DNA of 64,000 bases from an uncultured Candidatus Rokubacteria bacterium. Lineage in GTDB: Bacteria; Methylomirabilota; Methylomirabilia; Rokubacteriales; CSP1-6. Positions 50,754 through 64,000 of the stretch are shown here, piece by piece. Both the position numbers and the translations under genes were made by a program. Under the pieces are notes generated by a model. That model saw nothing but the letters and a program-made list of their open reading frames with translations, was not told the origin of the DNA and did not search any database. The number at the start of each line of letters is the position of its first letter. The stretch's first letter is position 1. The stretch lies in NCBI GenBank assembly GCA_963762145.1, contig CAVXJS010000009.1, forward strand, positions 480,001 through 544,000, given 5' to 3'.

Positions 50754-52769
50754 ACAGGCGCGACCTCCACCGCCGCGTCGAACGCGGCCTGGCCGGCCGA
50801 GAACCCGAACACGTCCACCGCCGCGTCCGGGATGCACGCCGCGCCGGAGGTGAGCCGGTTGAGGCCGTCCCACCCGTCTCGCATCCAGACGGTGCGCGCG
50901 GGCACGCGATCGGTCACGCGGGCGCGGGCGCGCATCTCGCCGCGCTCGTTGAACACGCGCACCGCGGCGCCGTCCGCCACCGCGCGCGCGACCGCGTCGG
51001 CGGGCGACAGCCACAGCACCGGCTCGGGCTCGAGCGCGGCCAGCGACGGCAGGGCCCGCCCGTGATCGTAGAAGCCGTGGAAGTGCCCGAGGGTGCGCCC
51101 CTGGCGGAGCACGAGGGGGAAGCGCCCGGCCGGGAGATCCTCGTGCACCGGCAAGGGGGCCAGGCCGAGGCTCTCCGCGCGCGCCGAGTAGAGCTCCACC
51201 TTTCCGGACGGCGTGGGGAACACCAGATCCGGATGGCCCACCGACGACACGCGGAGCGCGCGCATCCCGCCCTCCGCGCGCAGGGCCGCCACCGTGGCGT
51301 GCCCGGTGGCCGGGTGATCGAGGATCGCGTCGATGGGCCCCGCCGCGTCCGCCCACGGATAGAAGTCGGCGATCTCGAGGCGGCGCGCGAGCTCCTGCAG
51401 GACCCACGCGCCGGGGCGCGTCTCGCCCCGCGGGCGGCAGGGCCGGCTCCATCAGGTAGAGATGCGTGTTGGTCGCCTTGCAGCCGAGCTCCTCGAGCCA
51501 CGACGTGCCGGGCAGGACGACGTCCGCGAAGCGGCGCGCGGTGTCGTTCCAGAAGAGCTCGTGGCTGACGATCAGGTCCTGGCGCGCGAGCGCGGCCTCG
51601 ACGCGGGCGCTGTCCGCGAACGACGAGAGCATGTCGGTGCCGAAGAGCAGCAGCGCGCGGACCCGGCCGGTCTCGAGCGCCTCGGTGATGCGCGGCATCT
51701 GGTTCGGCACGTAGTCGCCGGGCGGCCGCCGCTCGGCGAGCGCGATGTCGGTGAGGCCAAAGCCGTGCCCCTTGCTGCCGTGGCGCGGGCCCAGGCCGCC
51801 CCCCGCGATCCCCAGGTTGCCGGTGAGCGCGGGCAGGCACGCCACCGCGCGCGCGCCCTGCCAGCCGTTGGCGCCCTTGTGCATGCTGCTGCCGCCCAGC
51901 ACGATCATGGCCGGCCGCGTGCCCGCGTAGCGGCGGGCCAGGCCCACGATCACCGCCTCGTCGAGGCCGGTGACCGCGGCGGCCCACGCGGGCGGGTGCC
52001 GACGCACGTGCTCGGCGAGGGCCTCGAAGCCGGTGGTGTGCCGCGCGACGAACTCCCGGTCGCAGAGATCCTCCGCGACGAGCACGTGCATGATGCCGAG
52101 GGCGAGCGCCGCGTCGGTGCCGGGTCGGATGATCAGCACCTCGTCCGACTGCGCGGCGGCCTCGGTCCGGCGCACGTCGATCGTGACCACGTGGGCGCCG
52201 CGGCGACGCGCGGCCACCAGATGCGGGGCGGTGTTCGGCTGGCTCGCGAGATTTGCGCCCCACAGCACGATCAGCTGCGCGTGCGCCCCCATGTCCTCCT
52301 TGGTATTGGTCTCGAGCGGACCGGTGAGGCCGATGCCGAACCCGCCGAGCCCCCAGCAGATCATGGTGGGCGCCCACCACTGGCAGCCCCAGAGATTGGC
52401 GAAGCGTCGAAGGAGCTCCGAGTTGACGCGCGTGCCGTAGTTGTTGGCGAAGAAGCCGTGGCCCGACCAGAGCCCGACCGCCTCGCGCCCGACCGACCGG
52501 AGCGCTTCCGCGATGCGATCGAGCGCCGCGTCCCACGTCACCTCCCGGAACGGCGCGTCCCGGCGGTCGCGCGCGAGAGGGGTCAGCAAGCGCTGCGGGT
52601 TTCCGATGATCTCGCGCGAGGCGTGGCCGCGCACGCAGAGGAAGCCGCGGCTGTCGGGATTGTCCGGGTCGCCCGCGACCTCGACGAGCCGCCCGTCCTC
52701 GACGGTGACCAGCATCCCGCAGAGGGTCGGATGGCAGTTCATGGGGCACATGGTGCGGATGGTGGCCAT
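50750..52769 (-). CDS. Molybdopterin-dependent oxidoreductase with N-terminal Fe-S motif (one frameshift at ~51420)
   Basis: CPMNCHPTLCG...LCVRG, WGAN, PGTDAALA, ADVVLP, FPTPSGK, C-terminal molybdopterin-binding domain. Confidence 0.9.
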
Positions 52770-52785
52770 GTGCGGGTGCCCCGGG

Positions 52786-55469
<2,684 letters not shown>

Positions 55470-55520
55470 AGGACGGGTATTATACGCCCGGCGTCAGACC
55501 CCCGGAATCGGGCGCCGGAA

Positions 55521-56049
55521 TTAGGCCCCGCCGTCTTCCTCGATGCCGGAGAGGTCCGCCCCGCGCTCGGCCAGCAGCACCCGCACCGCGTGTCGCACCG
55601 TCGCGGCCGGATAGCCGCGGCGCAGGAGATAGTCGGCCAGCCGGGCCGGCGCCCGGGCGGCCTGGCCGCGCAGCAGGGCGGGCAGCCGCCGCCGGCCCGC
55701 CTCGAGCGCGCGCTCGAGCTCCGCCACCTCCTCGAAGGCGGCGGCGATCGCGGCTTCGGCCATGGCCCGCGGAATCCCCTTGGCGCAGGAGCTCCTGTCG
55801 CAGCCGGTGACTGCCGACCCGGCGCCCGCTGGCGCGCGCCTCAGCCCACCAGCGGGCGAAGGCCTGGTCGTCCAGATAGCCGCGGTCGACGAGATCGGCG
55901 ACCACGGCCTGCGCGACGTCGGCGGGGGCGCCGCGGCGCTGGAGGCGGCGGGTCAGCTCGCGGCCGGCTCCAGGACTTGCGGGCCAAAAGATCGAAGGCC
56001 GCCAGCCTGGCGGCCTTCGCGTCGAGCGTCGGGGCGGGCGGCGGCAGTG
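55521..56049 (-). CDS. recX: Regulatory protein RecX (frameshifts)
   Basis: A.DLLAR, GYLDD..FA, G..RLRQEL..G, YLLRRGY; located between recA and alaS. Confidence 0.85.
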
Positions 56050-57259
56050 CTACCCCGCTTTCTTCCCGAAGGGGCTGCGCACCGCCGCGGCCGGCGCGGC
56101 GGCGGCTACGCCCGGCTGCGTGGGCGCGGCGGTCGACGCGGTGTTGCTGCCGCCGGGATGCTCCCAGGTCATCTCGCCGGTGGAGAGGATGCCCTTGACC
56201 TTGAGATCGAAGTCGTCCGGGTTGGTGGCGGCGTCGCGCGCGGTCTCGTAGGTGATCAGCTCCTCGCGATAGAGCTGCAGCAGCGACTGGTCGAAGGTCT
56301 GCATGCCGTACTGGGCCTTGCCCGCCGCGATGACGCTCGGGATCTGCGGGGTCTTCTCGGCCTCGCGGATGCAGTCGCGGATGAGGCCGGTGGCGATCAT
56401 GACCTCGACCGCGGGCACGCGGCCGCTTGCCGTCGGCGCGCACCACGAGGCGCTGGGAGACGATGCCCTGGATGACCGCGGCGAGCTGGTCGCGGATCTG
56501 GTCCTCCTGGTGCGGCGGGAACATGGAGATGATCCGGTTGATGGTCTCCGCCGCGTTCAGGGTGTGCAGCGTGGAGAGGACGAGGTGGCCGGTCTCCGCC
56601 GCGTGGAGCGCCACCTCCATGGTCTCCGCGTCGCGCATCTCACCGACGAGGATGATGTCGGGGTCCTCGCGGAGCGCGGCGCGGAGCGCGTTGGCGAAGT
56701 TCACCGAGTCGTGGCCGATCTCGCGCTGGCTGATCACGCACTTGTTGTCCTGGTGCACGAACTCGATCGGGTCCTCGATCGTGATGATGTGGTCGTTCCG
56801 GTTCCGGTTCACGAAGTCGATCATGGCCGCGAGCGTGGTGGACTTGCCGGAGCCGGTGATGCCGGTGACCAGGATCATCCCGCGGCGCTCCATGCAGAGC
56901 CGATCGAGGACCTTGGGCAGGTGCAGCTCGTGGAAGGCGGGGATGCGCTCGGGCACGTGCCGGAAGACGCCGCGCACCTCGCCCATGGGCGAGGAAGATG
57001 TTGCACGCGGAAGCGGCCGACGCCCGGGCAGCAGTGTAGCCGACGTCCATCTCCTTGCCTTCCATCAGCATGTTGAGACGGCTGCTCTCCGAGGAGGGTC
57101 ATCGCCATCCCGTCGCACGAACTCGTGGGTGATCAGCGGGAGGTCGTCCTGCACCTCGAGGTGACCATGGATCCGCAGGATCGGCTTCGAGGCCGGCTTC
57201 AAATGCAGGTCGGAAGCCTTGCGCTGCGCGGTCTCCGTCAGCAGCTGCTGCAGTTCCAT
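56050..57259 (-). CDS. pilT: PilT/PilU family type IV pilus ATPase (frameshifts)
   Basis: [54 protein letters not shown]. Confidence 0.88.
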
Positions 57260-57272
57260 GGGGTTACCGCTC

Positions 57273-58320
57273 CTACTTGGCCACCTTCTCCGGCGCCGGC
57301 TGCGACGCGCCCCCGACGGCTTCAGGCCAAGGGCATCGCGGACTTTGACTTCGAGGTCGGCCAAGAGCTTGGGATTGTCCTTCAGATACCGCTTGGCGTT
57401 CTCCCGTCCCTGCCCGATTCGCTCACTCTTATAGCGTGTACCAGGTGCCGGATTTTTCGACAACGTTGTGCTCGGCGGCCAGGTCCAGAACGCGAGCCCT
57501 CCTTGGAGATCCCCTCCCCGTAGATCACGTCGAATTCGGCCTCGCGGAACGGCGGAGCAAGCTTGTTCTTCACGACTTTGACCTTGGTGCGGACGCCGAC
57601 GGCCTCGGTCCCGTTCTTGATGGTGTCCTGCCGGCGGATGTCGAGCCGTATAGAGGAGTAGAACTTCAGCGCCCGCCCACCGGTGGTCGTCTCCGGGGAC
57701 CCGAACATGACGCCAATCTTTTCGCGTATTTGGTTGATGAAGATCACCGCCCCCCCGGACCGGGAGATGGCAGCGGTGAGCTTGCGGAGGGCCTGAGACA
57801 TCAGCCGCGCCTGCAGGCCCGGGAGCGAGTCGCCCATGTCGCCATCCAGCTCCGCGCGCGGCACCAGCGCGGCCACCGAGTCGATCACGATCACGTCCAC
57901 GGCATTGGACCGTACGAGGGCCTCGGCGATCTCGAGCGCCTGCTCGCCGGTGTCGGGCTGGGAGATCAGCAGCTCGTCGGTGTTGACGCCGAGGTTCTTG
58001 GCGTACTTGGGATCGAGCGCGTGCTCGGCGTCGATGAAGGCGGCGGTGCCGCCCATGTGCTGAGCCTCCGCGATGATGTGGAGCGCCAGCGTGGTCTTGC
58101 CGGACGACTCCGGTCCGTAGATCTCGGTCACCCGGCCGCGCGGAATGCCGCCGATGCCCAGCGCGACGTCGAGCTGGAGCGCGCCGGTCGGGATGACGGA
58201 GATCTCATCGAAGATGCCGCCCTGACCCAGACGCATGATGGCGCCCTTGCCGAACTGGCGGTCGATCGCGGTGATGGCCAGCTCCAGGGCCTGGCGGCGG
58301 TCGCTCTTGACGTCAGCCAT
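57273..58320 (-). CDS. recA: Recombinase RecA (frameshifts near C-terminus)
   Basis: [39 protein letters not shown]. Confidence 0.98.
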
Positions 58321-58394
58321 GCTGATTCTCCTCGACTACGCGTGGAAGGGACCCGTGACCGGGTCCGAGAGGTAGACGAAAAAGGGTGGATAGC

Positions 58395-59159
58395 TCAACA
58401 AGTTTCCCCATGATACGGGCGCGTCTCGATCAAAGTCAACGAAGCGAGTGTGAGAGCGCGCGGAACGTCTGTCAATGTCCCGCGTTGGATACGTGCGGAC
58501 GATCCATAGTCGAGCGAGGTGCGCGGCGCCACTCCCGGCGCTCCCTGTGCGAGGACGGCATCGAGCGCGACGAGCGCGAGCAGAGCGCCCAGCCTCACGG
58601 CGCGCCTCAGCGTGTACCGCGCGCCCGTCGGCGAGAGATCGCTGCGCATCAGCGCCACCTCAGCCACCCGCTGCGTGCCAAAGGTCGTGGTGGCCGCCTG
58701 CGCGAGCGCGCCACGCAGCGGCGGCCCGGCCTGGCGCCGCCAGCGGCGCTCGTCGGGGACGCGCCCGATGGTGAGATGCGGATGCCACGGCCGCTCCTCC
58801 CGGGCGAACCCGCGCGTGGCGAGCGCATCCGTCACCCGCGCCTGCAGCCGGCGCGCCTCGAGCGCGCCGTGGGCCAGGCCCACCCAGAGAATGCGCGGCC
58901 GCTCGAGTCCGGGGTACGCGCCGATGCCGTGGAAGGTGACGTCCACCGGCGCGCTCCCGGCCGCGGCGTCGGCCAGCGCGGCCTCGGCTTCCTCGAGCCG
59001 CTCCTCGCTCTGGTCGCCGAGGAAGTGCAGCGTGACGTGGAGGTTCTGCGGCGGCACCCACGCGACCGCGGGGCCCAGCGGTCGGAGCCGCTCGACGGTG
59101 GCCGCGACCGCCGCACGCACCCCGTCCTCGAGAAGCAGCGCGACGAACGCGCGGATCAC
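58395..59159 (-). CDS. thpR: RNA 2',3'-cyclic phosphodiesterase
   Basis: MIRAFVAL, HVTL.FLG, PHLTIGR; GTGA overlap with cinA; long C-terminal run-on. Confidence 0.9.
   Translation of the reverse strand: MIRAFVALLLEDGVRAAVAATVERLRPLGPAVAWVPPQNLHVTLHFLGDQSEERLEEAEAALADAAAGSAPVDVTFHGIGAYPGLERPRILWVGLAHGALEARRLQARVTDALATRGFAREERPWHPHLTIGRVPDERRWRRQAGPPLRGALAQAATTTFGTQRVAEVALMRSDLSPTGARYTLRRAVRLGALLALVALDAVLAQGAPGVAPRTSLDYGSSARIQRGTLTDVPRALTLASLTLIETRPYHGETC
58410..58475 (-). promoter_or_regulatory. Putative tandem sigma70 promoters of recA
   Basis: TTGACT-18-TATCAT (58439-58410) and TTGACA-17-CACACT (58475-58447). Confidence 0.55.
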
Positions 59160-60406
59160 CGCCCTGACAGGAGGGCGCGGCGGAGCATGTCGAGGGCGGC
59201 CTGCGACGACTGCCACTTCACCGCCTCGCGCCCGCCCGCGAAGCGAAAGCGCCGCACCTCGATGCGCGGGCCGTCGCCGCCGGGCGCGGCCGCCGCGACG
59301 AACACGGTGCCGACCGGCTTGCCGGGCGTGCCGCCGTCGGGCCCCGCGATGCCGGTCACCGCGATCCCGCAGGCCGAGCCGGAGATGCGGCAGATGCCCG
59401 CCGCCATCGCCTCCGCCACCGGCGCGCTCACCGCGCCGTGCGCGCGCAGCAGATCCGCCGAGACGCCCAGGAGCTGCTCCTTGGCCTGGTTGGAGTACAC
59501 GACCACACCGCGCTCGACGTAGCGCGAAGAGCCTGCGATGTTGGTCAGCCGGTGACCGACCAGGCCGCCGGTGCAGGACTCCGCCATGGACACGGTGAGG
59601 CGTCGCTCCAGGAGGAGCCGGCCCACCGCGACTTCGAGCGTGTCCTCATCCTTGCCCCAGCAGTCGGCTCCGAGCGTAGCGCGGATCTCCTGCTCCACCG
59701 GGGCGAGCGCCGCCTCGGCCGCGCTGCGCGAGGCCGCGCGCGAGCGGAGCTGCACCCACACGTCGCCGTCCACCGGCACGCAGGAGACGGTCACCGGCCC
59801 CTCTGCGCCGAGCCACCGGGCGACCCGCTCCTCCGCGTCCGCGGGCGTGAGACCGGTGGTGTGCAGGGTGCGGAGCACCGTGCTCTCGCCCGCGCCGAGC
59901 CGCTGGCGCGCGAGCGGGCGCAGGTGCGATTCCACCAGCGAGGCGAGCATCGCGGAGCCGGACGGCAGCACCGCCACCGCGGCGCGCCGGACCTCGAGCA
60001 CCCACGCGGGCTCCCCCGCCGCGGGCCAGAGCACGGCGCCCTGCGGCAGGAGCGCCAGGCGGTCGAGCCGGCGCGGCATCGCCTGCCCGCGCCGCGCGAA
60101 ATCCTCCTCGATCGAAGCCAGCAGCTTGTCGTTGAGCACGAGGCGCGCGCCGCCGAGCCGGGAGAGCGCGCGCCGGACCACCTCGCCGCTCGAGCCGCCC
60201 GGCTGCGCCAGCACGACGACCAGCGCGGCGGCCTCGACGGCGCCGCGGAGGGCTTCCTCGACCGCGGTCTCGTCCTCGTCCACGACCTGCCGGGAGGCCA
60301 CCGGCACGCCCTCGGCCAGGAGCGCGCGCGCCACCATCATTCCCGCCGGGTCGTCCGCCGCCCCGAGCCGCGCGGCGCCCACCGTGACGATCCAGGCCCC
60401 GCTCAC
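59156..60406 (-). CDS. cinA: CinA family protein (NMN amidohydrolase PncC domain with degenerate N-terminal domain)
   Basis: AESCTGG, GSS.Y, GAVS..VA..MA, TGIAGPDGG...KPVGTV. Confidence 0.9.
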   Translation of the reverse strand: MSGAWIVTVGAARLGAADDPAGMMVARALLAEGVPVASRQVVDEDETAVEEALRGAVEAAALVVVLAQPGGSSGEVVRRALSRLGGARLVLNDKLLASIEEDFARRGQAMPRRLDRLALLPQGAVLWPAAGEPAWVLEVRRAAVAVLPSGSAMLASLVESHLRPLARQRLGAGESTVLRTLHTTGLTPADAEERVARWLGAEGPVTVSCVPVDGDVWVQLRSRAASRSAAEAALAPVEQEIRATLGADCWGKDEDTLEVAVGRLLLERRLTVSMAESCTGGLVGHRLTNIAGSSRYVERGVVVYSNQAKEQLLGVSADLLRAHGAVSAPVAEAMAAGICRISGSACGIAVTGIAGPDGGTPGKPVGTVFVAAAAPGGDGPRIEVRRFRFAGGREAVKWQSSQAALDMLRRALLSGR

Positions 60407-60413
60407 GGCCGGC

Positions 60414-60888
60414 TCACCGCGGGAAGCCGAAGAGGGCCCGCGCGCCCAGCACGAGCACCAGCGCGTAGAAGCCCGCGATGAGATCATCCACCATCACGCC
60501 CAGGCCGCCGGTGAGGACCTGGCTCTCGCGGGCCGGGAACGGCTTCCAGATGTCGAAGAGCCGGAAGAGCAGGAACGCGGTGACGAGCACCGGGATGGTC
60601 GGCGGCAGGAGGATCACCGAGAGCAGCATGCCCGCGACCTCGTCGATCACGATGACCCCGGGGTCCTTCCGGCCGAGCGCGCGCTCCACCCGCGAGCCGG
60701 CCCAGATCCCGACGACGGTGACGACGATCAGCGCGACCAGGATGCGCAGCGGGGTGACCGGCAGGAGCCAGATCGCGACCACGGTGACGAAGCTGCCCAC
60801 GGTGCCCGACGCCACCGGGGCGTAGCCCGCGCCGAGCACGACTGGCCAGCACGGAAGGCCAGCCGGTCGAGCCGGCCCGAGCGGCTTA
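60414..60888 (-). CDS. pgpA: Phosphatidylglycerophosphatase A (5' indels)
   Basis: ASGTVGS, KDPG.IVIDEVAG, FRLFDIWKPFP, GG.GVMVDD. Confidence 0.9.
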
Positions 60889-62199
60889 GTCGCCGACGAG
60901 CTCGTAGCCCTCGACCTCGACGATGGCGACCTCGGCGAAGCGCCCCGGGGTGAGCGCGCGGTCGCGCAGCAGCACCACGCCGTCGATCTCGGGCGCCTGG
61001 CCGGCGGTCCGGCCCTCGAAGGGGAACGCGGGGTCCGCGCTCGGCCCGTCCACCAGCACCGTCTGGCGGGTGCCCGAAGAGCGCCTTCTGGCGGGGCCAC
61101 GCCAGGCGGTCCTGGAGGTCCTGCACCTGCTGGGCGCGCTCGGCCATGACCTCGGCCGGCACCTGATCCGGCATGTCGGCGGCCGGCGTCCCCTCCTCCA
61201 CCGAGTAGGTGAAGACCCCGAGCCGGTCGAAGGCCACGTCCTCCACGAAGCCGAGCAGATTGTGAAAGGCGGCCTCGGTCTCGCCCGGGAACCCCACGAG
61301 CACGGTGGTGCGAAGCGTGACGCCGGGGATCGCGTCCCGCAGCCGGGCGATGACGTCCAGCATGCGCCGCGCGGTGACGCCGCGGCGCATGGCGCGCAGG
61401 ATCCCGTCGTCGCCGTGCTGCACCGGCATGTCGAGGTACGGCACCACGCGCGCGCGCTGCCACTTGGCGACGAGGCGGTCGGTGACGTGCGCGGGGTGCA
61501 GGTACATCGGCCGGATCCACGGCATCGTGGTGTCGGAGAGCGCCAGCAGCAGGTCGCCGATGTCGCCGTTGCCTGGGAGCTCGCGGCCGTAGGCCAGCGT
61601 GTCCTGCGAGACCAGGATCGCTTCCTGGACCCCGCGGCGCGCGAGCCCGTTGACCTCGGCCACGATGTCGGCGAGCGGGCGGCTCCGGTGGCGCCCGCGG
61701 AACTGCGGGATCGCGCAGAACGTGCAACCCATGTCGCAGCCCTCGGCGATCTTCACGTAGGCGTAGGGCACGCGCCCGGTGAGCAGCCGCGGGGTCTGCG
61801 CGTCGTACAGGTAACCGGGCGGCGCCGCGCTCACCCACGCCTGCCGCCCGTCGGCCTGGTTCACGAGCTCCACGATGCGGTGCAGCTCCGAGGTCCCGAG
61901 GATCGCGTTGATCTCCGGGATCTCCGAGCGGATCTCGCCGCCGTACCGCTGGGTGAGGCAGCCCGTCACGATGAGCGACCGGGCCCGGCGCCGCGCTCCT
62001 TGAGCTGCGCCAGCTCGAGGATCGTGTTGACCGACTCCTCGCGCGCCCGGTCGATGAACGCGCAGGTGTTCACCACGAGGCACTCGGCGGTCTCCGCCGT
62101 CTCCACGATCTGATGCCCGGCCTCGGTCAGCATGCCCAGCATCAGCTCGGAGTCGACCTGGTTCTTGGGGCAGCCGAGGGTCGTGAAATGGACTTTCAT
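60886..62199 (-). CDS. rimO: Ribosomal protein S12 methylthiotransferase (frameshifts)
   Basis: LGCPKNQVDSE, NTCAFI, KIAEGCDMGCTFCAIP, VGFPGET, APEIDG. Confidence 0.95.
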
Positions 62200-62262
62200 G
62201 ACGGGGTGTTAATGATCCCACACCCTCTCCGGCGGCGTCAAACGTAGCCCTCGGAACCTTCC

Positions 62263-62291
62263 TTGACGTCACCCGGTTGAGTGGTTACCGT
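62263..62291 (+). promoter_or_regulatory. Putative sigma70 promoter giving a leaderless mRNA
   Basis: TTGACG-17 nt-TACCGT, with ATG 62299 only 7 nt downstream. Confidence 0.65.
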
Positions 62292-62298
62292 GTCGCGT

Positions 62299-62811
62299 AT
62301 GCTGCGGATCGATCGCATCTCCTTGGCGCTGCTGCTGTCGCTGGCCCTCCTGGCCATCGCCGGCCCGGCGGCGGCCCACGTGGCCTCGCCGGCAGCTTCC
62401 GCCCCGATCGTCCCGACGCCGGAGGCCCCCGCGCTGATCCCGACCCTGACCGCGGCCCCCGCCGCGCCCACGCTGTCCTGGTATCTGCCCGCGGCGCTGG
62501 TCCTCGTAGCCCTGATCGCCTGGCGCGGTCCGCGGCGGGTCATGATCGTGACGCTCGCCCTGCTCCTCTGTGTCTTCGCCTTCGAGGACGCGCTGCACTC
62601 GGTGCATCACGGCTTCGATCCGAAGCAGCAGGAGGCGTGCGCGGTGGCCGCGGCCACCGCCAATCTGACCGCCGTGCAGGCGGACGATCCCGGCCTGTCT
62701 TCCGTCGTGCTCCCCGTCGTCGGTCGGCCCACGACCGATCCGGCCGCGTCCGGCCCGACCCGCTTCCTCAGCCCCGACCAGGGGCGCGCTCCTCCCTCCG
62801 CGATCCTGTAG
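62299..62811 (+). CDS. Membrane/exported leader protein with His/Cys patch and C-terminal RAPP motif (DUF2946/CruR-like)
   Basis: Signal peptide ending AAA-H, two hydrophobic helices, HSVHH...CAVA, ends DQGRAPPSAIL*; lies upstream of tonB and a TonB-dependent receptor. Confidence 0.7.
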   Translation: MLRIDRISLALLLSLALLAIAGPAAAHVASPAASAPIVPTPEAPALIPTLTAAPAAPTLSWYLPAALVLVALIAWRGPRRVMIVTLALLLCVFAFEDALHSVHHGFDPKQQEACAVAAATANLTAVQADDPGLSSVVLPVVGRPTTDPAASGPTRFLSPDQGRAPPSAIL

Positions 62812-62913
62812 TCCCGCCGCGGTCTCCCGACGCCCCGCGCGCCTCGTGCGCCGTGGCCAGCGGGTGTCCCGGCTGTCGCGGCTCCAATCCTGGCCTTGCG
62901 GAGGGAAGCGTTC

Positions 62914-63678
62914 GTGCTCAACGAGCTGTCGTGGCGGCGTGCGATGCCGATCGGCCTGTCCTGCGTGCTGCACGTGGCGCTGGTCACCGGTCTCATCGTG
63001 GGTCAGCACTGGGTGACCAGCGTGGTGGCCGTTCAGCCGCCGGTCCTTCCCGTGCAGCTGGTCACGCTCGATGCCGACGAGCCACCGCGCGAAGTCGCGC
63101 CTCCGCCTCCGCCACGACGGGAGCGGACGGCCTCGGTCCGGCGATCGGAGCGGCCCCGGCCATCGGAGGTCGCCCCCGCGAGGGTCGAGGAGCCCGCGCC
63201 GCAGCCCGTCGCGCCGACGCCGGAGCCGGTGCGGGAGCCGACGGAGATCGCGCCCGCGACGGTGGCTACCCTGCCGGCCATCAGCGAGCCCGCGCCGGCG
63301 CCGGCCTCGTCGGCCCCCGCGTCCAGCAGTCCGACGGTCGCGCTGCCGGCATCGGCCCCCGTGGTGGCCGCGAAGCCCCCGACCGCGGCGCCCGAGGGCA
63401 TCACCCGCACCGCGCGGCCGCAGGGCGGATATCAGGTGCGGCCCACCTACCCGACCGCGCCGAGGCGGCTCGGCATCCAGGGCACGACGCTCCTGCGCGT
63501 GCACGTGCTGGCGGACGGACGCATCGGCGACGTGCTCGTCGAGAGCTCGGCCGGCCACCCGGATCTCGACGAGGCCGCCATCGGGGCCGTCCGGGGCTGG
63601 CGCTTCGATCCGGCACGCCGGGGCAACGAGCCGGTGGCCATGTGGGTGCTGCTCCCCGTCGAATTCCGACTCAGGTGA
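62914..63678 (+). CDS. tonB: Energy transducer TonB
   Basis: TM helix SCVLH (SxxxH), Pro-rich linker, P.YP..ARR.GIQG, WRFDPA, PVEFRL; GGAGGG RBS and GTG start. Confidence 0.9.
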   Translation: MLNELSWRRAMPIGLSCVLHVALVTGLIVGQHWVTSVVAVQPPVLPVQLVTLDADEPPREVAPPPPPRRERTASVRRSERPRPSEVAPARVEEPAPQPVAPTPEPVREPTEIAPATVATLPAISEPAPAPASSAPASSSPTVALPASAPVVAAKPPTAAPEGITRTARPQGGYQVRPTYPTAPRRLGIQGTTLLRVHVLADGRIGDVLVESSAGHPDLDEAAIGAVRGWRFDPARRGNEPVAMWVLLPVEFRLR

Positions 63679-63691
63679 GGAGCCCTGGCTC

Positions 63692-64000
63692 ATGACCCGA
63701 CCCTCGCGTCTGCCGTTCCTCGCCGTCCGTCGCCGTCCTCCTCACCGCGGGCGCCGTCGGCGCGCAGGCCCCGCCCGCGCCGCCCATCCTCGAGCCGGTG
63801 GTCGTCGAGTCGAGCACCCTGCCGCCCGAGCGCACCCGCACCGAGGAGCAGGCGCGCGAGGAGATCGACCGCACCCCCGGCGGCGTCGCGATCGTCCCGC
63901 AGAAGGCCATCGAGGAGTCGCGCGGCGCCAACCTCAAGGACGTGCTCGACTTCGTGCCCGGCGTGCTGATCCGACCGCGCTTCGGCGCCGCCGACGAGAG
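63692..64000 (+). CDS. TonB-dependent receptor, N-terminal part (truncated by window edge; likely indel in signal peptide)
   Basis: GAGGAG RBS; TonB box LEPVVV; plug domain RTPGGVAIV...LKDVLDFVPGVLIRPRFG. Confidence 0.85.
   Translation, partial: MTRPSRLPFLAVRRRPPHRGRRRRAGPARAAHPRAGGRRVEHPAARAHPHRGAGARGDRPHPRRRRDRPAEGHRGVARRQPQGRARLRARRADPTALRRRRRE

Noticed and set aside
55521-58320. pilT inserted between recA and recX as a novel system
   Set aside because: To my recollection a similar recA-pilT-recX-alaS order occurs in Deltaproteobacteria-like genomes, so it is unlikely to be novel

Overview
Very GC-rich bacterial genomic DNA. Gene content and style suggest Ca. Rokubacteria/Methylomirabilota, but this is inference only. 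It appears to be an error-prone long-read assembly: essential genes (alaS, recA, kdpABCD, rimO) carry frameshifts, and indels are dense at about 44.9-50.7 kb, so many provided ORFs are fragments or shadows. Content from left to right: an amidohydrolase / alpha-beta hydrolase / aldehyde:ferredoxin oxidoreductase operon; a peroxiredoxin-like gene; two exported TPR proteins; an ~11 kb surface-glycosylation island (GT2 and GT-C-like genes); the kdpFABC / kdpDE potassium system with an extra small membrane peptide and a visible operator pair; a GntR-CBS-HAD operon; rarA-ddl-murG; a complete divergent polyamine cluster (speD-speE-maf / pdaD-speB) followed by two methyltransferases; a copD-like gene; a putative amino-inositol lipid or solute cluster (HAD, NTP transferase, ATP-grasp, class III aminotransferase, Gfo/Idh/MocA, CDP-alcohol phosphotransferase); a molybdopterin oxidoreductase; rimO-pgpA-cinA-thpR-recA-pilT-recX-alaS; and a leader gene ending in a RAPP motif upstream of tonB and a TonB-dependent receptor. 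The two strongest leads are (1) this RAPP leader, whose RAPP codons can base-pair with the tonB Shine-Dalgarno (a CruR/DUF2946-like ribosome-stalling metal sensor with unusual architecture), and (2) the extended inositol-type cluster. No rRNA, tRNA, CRISPR array or transposase was recognised.
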